Part shown: positions 12,001 to 24,000 of the stretch, in pieces | Position numbering within the stretch: position 1 is the stretch's first letter | How the letters are laid out: each line of letters begins with the position of its first letter | Assembly: GCA_037379345.1 (NCBI GenBank) | Contig: CM074516.1 | Location: forward strand, 1,612,001-1,676,000 | Direction: 5' to 3' | Source of the DNA: Perna viridis | Lineage: Eukaryota | DNA: 64,000 nt | Program-made: the position numbers and the translations under genes | The notes under the pieces: generated by a model | What the model saw: only the letters and a program-made list of their open reading frames with translations | Told to the model about the DNA's origin: nothing | Databases searched by the model: none

Positions 12001-15000
12001 CTTTGTTTTTGGTGTGTTGAGGTTCTGTTTGTTTGGTTTTGTCTTGTTTTTGCTGTGTTTAGGTAATGTGTGTATAGTTTTGTCTTTTTCATGGTGTGTT
12101 GATGTTATATTTGTATGGTTTTGTCTTGGTGAGTTTAGGATATATTTGCATAGTTTTGTCTTGTTCTTGGTTTATTGATGTTGTGTTTGTATTGTATTGC
12201 ATGTTATTGGTGTGTTGATGTTATGTTTGTATGGTTTGGCTTGTTCTTGGTGTGTTTATGTTGTGTTTTATGGTTTTGTCTTGGTGTGTTGATGTTGTGT
12301 TTGTATGATTTTGTTTTGTCCTTGTTGGGTTCATGTTGTGTTTGAATGGTTTTGTCTTGTTTTTGGTGTATTGGCATTGTGTTTGTGTGTTTTAGACTTG
12401 TTCTTGGTGTGTTGATGTTATGTTAAAATGGTGTTTTTAAGATCGATATCTTAAACATATACAATAATTTTAAATGGTTCACAACTTAATATTCCTTTTA
12501 CCTTTCATATGGTTAGGAACACTGTCTTCTACTTTGTCTGAAAAAGAAATTTATACTGTATACACAGGACAGTAAAACAGTAATATCATACTCTAATATT
12601 GTAATAAACCAGGTCTACTGGAAGGGTAAGAAATCTATACTGTATACACATGATGTTACTACAATAATATCATACTTAAACAGTGTTATAAACAAGGAAT
12701 CTGGACCAGGTGTACTGGAAGGGTAATAAATATATACCATATACACATGACAGTACAACAATAGTATAATACTCTTACACTGTACCAAACAAGGAAACTG
12801 AATCAGGTGTACGGGAAGGGTAGGAAATCTATACTGTATACATAACAGTACAATATCATATCCTAACATTGTAACAAACAAGGAATCTGGACCAGGTGTA
12901 CTGGAAGGGTAGGAAATCTATACCATATACACATGACAGTACACAAATAATATCATACTCTATCATTGTAACAAACAAGGAATCTGGATCAGGTGCACCA
13001 GAAGGGTAGGAAATCTTTACTGTATACATGACAGTACAACAATACCATATCCTTACATTGTAACAAAGAAGGAATCTGGACCAGGTGTACTGGAAGGGTA
13101 AGAAATCTAACAACACATAAAACAAAATTCAACAGAATATGAATATGAATGGAGAGATGAACATGCTGAATGTTAAGGACCTTCAGGAAGCAAAAGTAGT
13201 TATAAATTTGGTAATATTTCATCATGTAATTGTGTAAAGTTCTTAGATAGTAAATAAAGTTTCTTACCCATTTCTTCTTTTATTTTGGCAATAGATCTTT
13301 TATTCTGCAGGATTTCCTGAAAACAGAATAAAATGTTTAAAATAATCTGTATGTCAGATCTAAACTATTAAATATATAAGAGAGTTGTAAAAACATGAGA
13401 CCTAAGTGACAGGAAATATGTCAAGTATTATCCCATGTGGTGAACATTTTTTTTTACAATAAATTAACAATGTTGTATTGTCTTTAGAAAGAAAGCAAAT
13501 CTGTTAAAACTAATGATCTATATTTCAATTCTGTGGAAAAAAACATTTCCTGCTATGCTTTAATGGTTCACCAGAAGAAAGCAATGCAGCTTGCCTCATA
13601 AATTCATTAAGTTAAATCATACCTTTGTTTTTGTTTTTTGTTTTTTTTGTTTTGTTTATAGATTTTCCTATTTTCTCTGATTCAAAATTCAAAACTCATA
13701 ATTCACTTACAAAATGTTCAGGTAATTCCGCCTTTAAATGTGGTAATATTTACAAGATTTTATGTATACTATATCGGTTATTTTCTGCATTTTGCAAAAA
13801 ACTAAAAAAAATACTTTACAGCGCACAGTCAATACATCCACAGAAGTCGAACATTAGACAGTTGGGGCAAATATGGACACAACATTCAAGTTCAATTTAG
13901 TTCAGAGTTTGGATTGTGTTTAAATGTTTGACACAGCAATTTAAGATGCCAATATAGACTGAAACTGTTAAAAAAATTTACATTTCAACTTAAATATTTC
14001 CTTAATTTGGTCATTTCCATAATTAAAAAATTAAACAAGAGCTTGCATGCTATGTCATGCTAAGAATACCTCCATTTAACCTGGTAAAGGAGACATGAAT
14101 CAATCAGTAAACAGGTTGTATATGAGTGAGGAACCTGGAAGACACAGTACAAGTTATCATACAAAAGCAATACAAGAAATTTCTAAGCTTTCCTAACAGG
14201 AGCTATGGAACCTGTTACAATAAAAGGCTTTGTTGAGCACAGCATGATATGACCACAGTGGTTGAACCCCAAAGAATTGGGGCAAGTGTGGACACAATTT
14301 AGGTTTTGACACACTTAAGCATGGGGACTTTCACTTCATTATGGACACCACAACAACTGGTTTGTATATATATTGTAGAAAATTTGAAATTCAAATAAAA
14401 ATTTTCAAAATCAGACCAAAAAATAAACTTCAATTTCTTGAAAAAGCAACCATATTTTTTCATGGATAAAAATTCCCAACAGACACTTTTTTGCAGAACA
14501 CCCTAAGGAATACTCATACAAACTTTCATCGAATTATGTACAGTAGTTTCTGATTTATTAAAACCAAAACACCAAAAATAGCAACAACAAAGAACATCCA
14601 AAAAAGGCAATAACTCCACCGTGGGTCAGCAGATTCTCACCACAATTTGACCTCAAAGATATCTAATCATGCCAAACACTTGTATCCCCAATGTCAGTAT
14701 TTTTGTCAATTAGGGCCTAAAGTGGCCCCCTATACCCCCAGCTGAATGTCAGATCACTGATTCTTCTTCTGGAGGGTAAAATTTGGCAGGTCTAGATTTT
14801 AATGAAAGACGAGGAAACCCCACATCACAGGGCAGGCTGCAGCTGGCCCTAAAACATCTAACAGTCGAACCTCGTTAAGTCAAAGTCGAAGGGACCATGC
14901 AAAATGTTCAAGTAATCCGAGGTTCGAGTAATCCAAGGTCGATGATAAACCGGAAATACTAGTAGTATACACATGTACGGTTAAAGAGTTACCCCTATAT

Positions 15001-18000
15001 ACTCAAGTGACATAAAAATAAACTAAAGGTGAAAATGAAATGAGACATGCAGAGGCCAGAAAATCCGGACTTGGGATAGCCACAAAAATCTGATAGGGTT
15101 AAAGTACTTTTACCTGATCACAACCCTCCCCTTAAAATCTGGCCATTATGGAAAAAAATATTACACAATTAAGTCCATTTTTAGGGGTGTGGTCACTTGG
15201 ACCCATTATAACTTCAAAACCATAAGAGATATCTGAAATCTGATTGAAAAATGAAGGGAAGATTTTCATAAGGAATCCAATACAAAAAATTTCAAAATTG
15301 GACCAAAAATGAAAAAAGTCAATTTTTTGTGTCTGGTCTCTTTGACCCCTTTCAACCCAAGAACATTAAGGAATCTGATAAAAAAAAATCAGGCAGGAAT
15401 TTTCATAAAGAATCCAATAAAAAATTATAAAGGTATAGCACTGTGGATTATTTCGAGGAGATCTCAAATTATTGTCAGGACATCAGGAAAAAGCTTGTTT
15501 CTGGTCCCTCCCTCACCTTAACAGGTTCAAGTCACGACCCCCAAAATTAATCATGGCCTTCCTTTGGCAGTGTGGCACCTTCTGGTGCAATTTCAAAGAG
15601 ATCCAATAAATTTTACTCTAGTAATGGTCTAAACTATAAAAAAATTGTTTAGTTTCTGGCGACTACAGCATGATACCATTATACTAAATCTTATGGTTGT
15701 AAAAAACTGAGTTCCAGTGTTCCCCACTTCGTGTTTTATACTGAGATTATTACATTGAAAGCATATTTCACCCTGAAAATTCATTATAAGTAAGCAAGAT
15801 TTTAGAGAGAAGTATCTTTTCAAACAAGACTCGTTGAATGCCTGATAGTATGCACATCTCCATCAGATTAAATTACATCCGACAAAAATTCATAACAATA
15901 CCGCATGCTGCTTAGAAAGTAGTTCAGACAGACGGACAGACTGACAGACTGGGTGAAACCTATATAGTATATACCACTAAACTTTTTTGCAGGGGGGCAA
16001 AAATATCTTTCAAACGAAACCATTTTTAACCTATTTTCTGTACACAAACAAACAAAACTGATCAAATCTCTGAAACCAGAATAATACCCATATAAAGCTA
16101 AACATAAATATGCTAGGTTCTCAGGCTCTGAGAAAAACCCTCCTGCATCTGCAATTTTTATTGCGATAAAATCCGGAATTTCATATACGTTCCAGAAATT
16201 CATATCTTTTAATAGACTTTTAATTAGTTAACAGATTAGTCTGCCCGCTTGACAGAAAGGTAAACAATTTGATGCGAATGAGGCTGTTATTTAACATTGA
16301 TCGTTAAAATGAAAGTATGTCTCGTGGCGATGGCTCTTATTTCTTGCAACATCTCATATTTTAGTAGTTTTAATGCCATGGAGCATTTTATTTAACTTCT
16401 CAACATCCTGTATGTTTACAGAATTGTTCAATTTGATGAAATGTCTTGAAAAAAAAAGAAAACTTGCTTCTAAGCCTCCCTCCCACATCAATTTTTTTTA
16501 AAAAGTAGCCTGAGAATCTAGGCATTTTTTTGTTTGGCCTAAGTTAGCTTGAACAAATATGGGAACAGCAGTGTTTTTCATTATTGGAGGCAAAATTTGC
16601 ATTGCATTTCACAATTTTTCTTGATATTTGTATTTGGACTTCTTTCTTTAATTTTATTTTCAATTAATGTATACATACTTGTTCTGTTTGCTGTAGTCTG
16701 AAAGAAAGATTCAACAGTTTCTGCTCTGCCCCATTTAACTCATCTTTCAGCTTCTGAATCTTTTCTGGAGTATCAACAACAATCCCTTCAGCATCTTTAA
16801 TCAAAGCTTTAACATCTGTAATTATTTCAGCCAAGACAACACTGGTTGTTCCATCTATGAACTTTTCACCTTAAGTAGAAAATGACACAAAGTGATGAAA
16901 AAATGGCAATGTTAAACAAGCTTAAAATCTAGGGAAACATTTAAGGGATTCCTCCATTCTAGGAAGTGTTCATTTTAATTTGTATACAAACATTGTGCTA
17001 AGATTGAAGATGTTGATTCTATACTTCTAGAGATACAGATTACACATAGTGGGTACCAAACCGTATCATGAACAACATGGTGAGCTAAAACGTTGATAAT
17101 TTGGGTGTGACATTATTTATTAAACCTAAACAATACAAACGATCTTAAATCTGATTGAAATATGCTGGAAATTTCAACATTAGAAACAAATATTTTCACA
17201 TTGATTTTTGGGGTGTGTCTCACTTGGAACTCCTTACAAATGGAAAAACTGTAAGAGATACATGTAGCTGACATCTCATTGAAATATGCAGGCAGAAATT
17301 TTAATGAGGACTTGAAGAAAAAAATAATCAAAAACTGATAAAAAATGAGAAAGTTGATTTATTTCCTCTTTTGGTCCCTTTTTTCAGAACGGTAGACCCA
17401 TTAAATATCAAAGTGCTGTCAGCACTGGAGGTTTTTGATTCTTGTGAAAATTGTACCATGAACGAAATTTTGAAGAATACATGATGTAAAAAAAAAATTG
17501 TCATCATACATTTGAATTTTTCATATTTATTATCAAGAATTGTTTTTCCCTAATTTGTATAAACTGAATGTCAATCCATACTTCTGATTCAATTTCACAC
17601 TTTTCCTAATTTTTTAAAACTGTCAAAAAGTTAATTTCCATTAACATTAAAAAACTATAGTAAAACATCATTTACTATAAAATGTCAGGGATTGAAATTT
17701 TGTTTGGGAAGACTCGAGCCCTGGACTTTTTCATCTTTTGTACACTAAGTCCGAACAATGTTTTGTCAAGTCCCAAGATATATAAATGAAATTTATTATC
17801 TGATATTCTTCAGTCAGGAATTCTGTATGAAAATAGAGATATTCTCCCAATCAAGCGACGAACATTTTGTTTAAAACTTCTAATACAAATGCGGAAAAAA
17901 GTCTTTGACAGCAAATTTTTCAAGATGGAAGACAGGAAGGTCATGGAGAAAGAGGAAATTTCACCATGTAATTGGTGCATAATCCCTGCAGAAAGCATGG

Positions 18001-21000
18001 CTTTCTCCCCATCTGGAGACTTGCAATACTAGAATAACAAAAGATACATCTGTAACATTGTGTTTGGGATGCTAAAGTCTACCAAACACCAAAGAGGACA
18101 GTGAATATGGCTAAGTCCTAATTTTCATGACTTTAGAGTACCCAAAATCAGCGGTCCATGTTACCCAAGCGCCCAGTGCAAAGAATAATCCAAGACTGGA
18201 AGATGCAAAAATATAATTTTTTAACATTGACATATAATTACTTGTTCTTTGAACATATTACCAATTCCAAGTAGTTTTCTTCCTAGTCAGTGCAATCTTT
18301 GTACATTCACAGGCACTTGTTTCTGTCTATGTGGGGGAAATATTATCTAATTGGGGTCGACAATCAATGGGCAATGTGTGTACATTATATGTATATTGCA
18401 ACGCGGACGTGACACTGAAGGTGAACTTGTTAAATTCTTACTTGTCAATCAAAGTGCTCATGTTCTGTACAGTGTCTTTCAAAAGTAGATTTTCAAAGAA
18501 ATGAAATCTGATGACTAAGTTTGTTTCTTAATTATTAATTATTACAGAATTCCTGACTGTTCTTATGTATATCTATGTTTGCATGGAAGAATACACAGTG
18601 TCAATTGATTCCAATTGGTCTGATTGCCTTGTCATCAGCTTTCCGTTTTTCTGCATTTTTTTCAACCATGAAATTGTAATGGAGCAACAATATTTTCCTC
18701 AAAAGTTTATCAACAGAAGTTGATCTTTATCATTCCCGCATGTCAAAAATGGGTCTGATCAAGTGCAGGTGCGATTCAGACTTGAGAATGACTTATCAAT
18801 AGATCGATCTAGTGAATACCCATTCTAAAAATAAAGTTATAAGTATTTATAGGTCAGGGAATAGATTGAGAATCATGGTCCAAATAATGACAACAAAATC
18901 TTAAAAAAAGATTTTACCGAATAAAACTTTATGTATATTTTGAAATCATTTATATTATTGGATTTCTCTTAGGTGGTATTTTGCCAATAATAATGCAGTC
19001 TCTGCACACTGGTAACAAAATACCATGTGTTTTAAGGGCCTCCTTGTCTTTCGTTTGGAGCCTCTGCACACTGGTAACAAAATACAATGAGTTTTAAGGG
19101 CCTCCTTGTCCTTTGTTGCTCCAACAGCATATAGCTTGCTTTACACAAATATTCAGAAAAAAACCAGATACTGAAGTAAAACAAGGTTTATAATTAACCA
19201 CCACCACCATTATCATTGTTTATAATTAACCACCACCACCATTATCATTGTTTATAATTAACCCATCCACCACCATTATCATTGTTTATAATTAACCTAT
19301 CCACCACCATTATCATTGTTTATAATTAACCCATCCACCACCATTATCATTGTTTATAATTAACCTATCCACCACCATTATCATTGTTTATAATTAACCT
19401 ATCCACCACCATTATCATTGTTTATAATTAACCCATCCACCACCATTATCATTGTTTACAATTAACCCATCCACCACCATTATCATTCAACTCAGGATAC
19501 CATGTTTATAATTAACCTATCCACCATTATCATTGTTTATAATTAACCCATCCACCACCATTATCATTGTTTATAATTAACCACCACCATTATCATTGTT
19601 TATAATTAACCTATCCACCACCATTATCATTGTTTATAATTAACCTATCCACCACCATTATCATTGTTTATAATTAACCTATCCACCACCATTATCATTG
19701 TTTATAATTAACCCATCCACCACCATTATCATTGTTTATAATTAACCCATCCACCACCATTATCATTGTTTATAATTAACCCATCCACCACCATTATCAT
19801 TGTTTATAATTAACCCATCCACCACCATTATCATTGTTTATAATTAACCTATCCACCACCATTATCATTGTTTATAATTAACCTATCCACCACCATTATC
19901 ATTGTTTATAATTAACCTATCCACCACCATTATCATTGTTTATAATTAACCTATCCACCACCATTATCATTGTTTATAATTAACCTATCCACCACCATTA
20001 TCATTGTTTATAATTAACCCATCCACCACCATTATCATTGTTTATAATTAACCCATCCACCACCATTATCATTGTTTACAATTAACCCATCCACCACCAT
20101 TATCATTGTTTACAATTAACCCATCCACCACCATTATCATTGTTTATAATTAACCCATCCACCACCATTATCATTGTTTATAATTAACCCATCCAACACC
20201 ATTATCATTGTTTATAATTAACCTATCCAACACCATTATCATTGTTTATAATTAACCTATCCACCACCATTATCATTGTTTACAATTAACCTATCCACCA
20301 CCATTATCATTGTTTACAATTAACCTATCCACCACCATTATCATTGTTTACAATTAACCTATCCACCACCATTATCATTGTTTACAATTAACCTATCCAC
20401 CACCATTATCATTGTTTATAATTAACCTATCCACCACCATTATCATTGTTTATAATTAACCCATCCACCACCATTATCATTGTTTATAATTAACCCATCC
20501 ACCACCATTATCATTGTTTATAATTAACCTATCCACCACCATTATCATTGTTTATAATTAACCTATCCACCACCATTATCATTGTTTATAATTAACCTAT
20601 CCACCACCATTATCATTGTTTATAATTAAACCACCATTATCATTGTTTACAATTAACCTATCCACCACCATTATCATTGTTTACAATTAACCTATCCACC
20701 ACCATTATCATTGTTTATAATTAACCTATCCACCACCATTATCATTGTTTATAATTAACCCATCCACCACCATTATCATTGTTTATAATTAACCTATCCA
20801 CCACCATTATCATTCAACTCAGGATACCATGAAAGATAAAAAATGTCCAGAACAGTACGCGAAAATAACCCCTTACCACCTACTACCTGGGGAGAAGTAA
20901 GGGCTGTCTGCTTTTACAAGACTAGTGTGGGATGGTTCTGTTCAATTATTTCCATCTTCGAAAATCTGCGCCATTGTTAACAACAGTTTAAAAGTTTCCA

Positions 21001-24000
21001 GCCAAATAAACAGCAACAGAAACTGACAGAATGGCGTCTATGTGTTTATTTAAATTTACGAACAATCTAGAGGATATAGTAAGACCCGAGAAAGCCTAGT
21101 CGCATCATTGATGTGTTTTCATCTATGTTGATAACAAAAACGCTTTAAAGAACAGCGTCCCCTTCTTATGTATTTGGCTCCTCCATTTTATAGGAGCACC
21201 ACAGCATGGATTTTAACAACAACTACAAAAATAATTTCTACACGAAATCGGCAATAAAATTATTTGGGTCATGATGATTTTTTGGGTCGATCGGGATTGG
21301 GGAAACAAAAAATATTTTATTTTTGGCCAAATCCAATTTTATTTTCCATGTAGTAATTTGATACCTGAGTATCTAAATAATAACATGAAGTCATACTTGT
21401 TGTCTTGCTAGGCATAATCCCATTTGTACAGGTAGTTGATATCAGAGAGCAATCAAAATGGGATACAATGTATACCCCATCTATATAAAGCCAATCATTT
21501 AATCTGAAATCAATCCATCTATTGGGATCCAAGATTTTTTGTGACAAAACTTCTTTATCGTTCCACATATTGAAAAATGGCAAAGTCCTCCAAACAGAAA
21601 GTTGATATCCGACAGCACCAAAAATTTCTTTAAGATAAGATATGTTTATTGTACTATAAAGGCCTCCAGCCCACGGTACCAATTTACAATAAGTAATTAA
21701 TAATTTATGCCAACTACATCATTTGAACAACATTTAACACAACAAAAATATGCCCCATCTAAATGAAACCACACACCAAATTTGAAATGAATTTATCAAT
21801 TGGGAATGGAGATAAGTGTGATGAAATCTGGACATTTGGACAGAATTGTGGATGTTTTTTTTGCAGATTATTTTACCATTGCAATGCCATCTTTCAAGTT
21901 CTGCAATTGTATCATTTTCCTTCTCAATTGAGAGTCCTAGGTTCCAGACAAGCTCTTCCATAAGATCTAAGCTTTCTTTATATTTGGCCTTATCCCACTG
22001 AGTGAAGTCACAATGAGTCCAGGGGTTCCATATCTCTGAATGAACCTAAAATATATTGAGATAAAATCCATAAATGTTGACCCCAATGTAAATAATTTTT
22101 AAAGACAAATTTGTGAGGAAAGATTAATGGTAATCCATGTGCATAAAACTAATTTAGAAATCCAGTCATCAAAAACAAAGCCAAAGAGCAATAATCTTAC
22201 CTTGAAACCAGTCCAAGGTCAAATGCCCACATGCCGTTTACAACAAACTGTGTAACAACCTTAATATTTCAAAAGTCTTTCTTCTAAGATAAAAAGTAAC
22301 AGTTCAGACATAATCCAACATCTTTTGACCCAAAGTTTATCGTTCAAAGTAAAGTTTTAGCAACACTATAACTAGTATGTGACAATAGCCATATTTACAT
22401 ATTTTTTTTACAAATAATTTTTCCAACAGAGTTCAGAATTTCTTTATCCTCACAATTTAGATTCCAAAATAATTTATTATCATTAAAAAAGTTGCAAAAA
22501 TTTGGAACCCAGCAGTCCTTTTCACAAAAAATCTTAGGTGTAAAATTAGTTGTAAGTTATGACATCATAATAGATCAAAATATTGTGACATCATAACTTA
22601 CAACAGATTTTATACTTACGATTTTTTTGTGAAATTGACCACTCAGACTGGCCATAGTTTTTCTCTGTCATCTTATTTAACATACTAATACTGTGGAAGT
22701 ATTGTAGGCCAAATCACGAAATTCGGTTTCCAACAAAATGGAGAATCCCAAGGATGTGTATACTGAAACCTCAAAACCTGGAATTCAAAAATGCATGAAC
22801 TAGCGTTCTTCCCTTAACCACGAAAATTGGTATCCACAAATTAAAGTACTTTCACAAGAATATGTGGAACTCTTTTGTGCACCATTAGTGTACAAAATAC
22901 ATTTTTTTGTAAAAAAAGTAATACCGGTAGATATTTTGCCAAAAGGTGCACACAATGAGAAACCATGTTTGATAAGAAAATATGCCTTATCTTCCACATG
23001 ATAACCTGACCATTTTTAATAGATTCTCTATGAATCATGAGATTTATCTGTAATGCCTCATTATGGAAGAATCATGAATGGAGATTTATCTGTAATGCCT
23101 CATTATGGAAGAACCATGAATGGAGATTTTTCTGTATTGCCTCAATATAGAAGAATCATGAATGGAGATTTATCTGTAATGCCTCATCATGGAAGAACCA
23201 TGAATGGAGATTTATCTGTAATGCCTCATTATGGAAGAACCATGAATGGAGATTTATCTGTAATGCCTCATTATGGAAATCTCCTCAACTTTGTTATTTA
23301 TCTTTCATCATACTATTTTATTTTACTATTGTAAGATTTGGCCCCTTATTCCTCAATAAATACAACCCCCAAAATCAATCCCTGCCTTCCTTTGGGGCAT
23401 GGCACATTTGGTACAATTTCAAAGAGATCCTTTCACCTTCAGGAAATTGCTTGTTTTTGGCCCCTTATTTTTATCAGTACAACGTATGTCACACTACCTA
23501 AAATAAATGCCAGCAAACCATTGTCTGGTACTTCCTTCCTTGGCACTCAATGGTATAATCTCAAAGAGATTCATTCACTTGAAGATAAGTTATTATTTGG
23601 ACATGATGAATCATGAAAAAATTTGTTTGTGTGTTGGCCCTAATTCATAGACAGTTTAAGGCACAACCCCATAAAAATTAGAAAATAGTAGAATTTTTTA
23701 TTTTTTATTTTTATTTTTTGATAAAGGGAATAATTGTTACCTGGTTTTGATATTGTATGTAAGACAATTACATTTTTACATACCCTTTCTGCAAAATCTA
23801 TTGCACTTCCAGGACATATGCCAGCTTTGATAATGATGCAAAGCAAAGCTGATAAGTCACAGTTTTCATCTATTACTGAATGCAGTGCCATATTAGTCTG
23901 TAAAAAAAGTTTTGATAAGTCGGTTGAATCTTTAACTCGGTAGTCAAATTTAGCCTGCTGTTTTACTCCAAGACTTCTATTGTTATTGATGGCTTCATAA

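Noticed and set aside
7721-12178. Cys/Val-rich ORFs in the ORF track
   Set aside because: They are translations of the 26-bp satellite and the GT-rich repeat.
17686-17988. Possible hAT MITE (cagggatt...aatccctg)
   Set aside because: Only an 8-bp inverted match and no target-site duplication.
19186-20814. CRISPR-like array (34-bp repeats)
   Set aside because: The monomers are head-to-tail with no unique spacers, there are no cas genes, and the context is a eukaryotic intron.
23053-23334. Repeat protein (MPHYGRTMNGDLSV)n
   Set aside because: It is a by-product of a 42-bp minisatellite, antisense within an intron.
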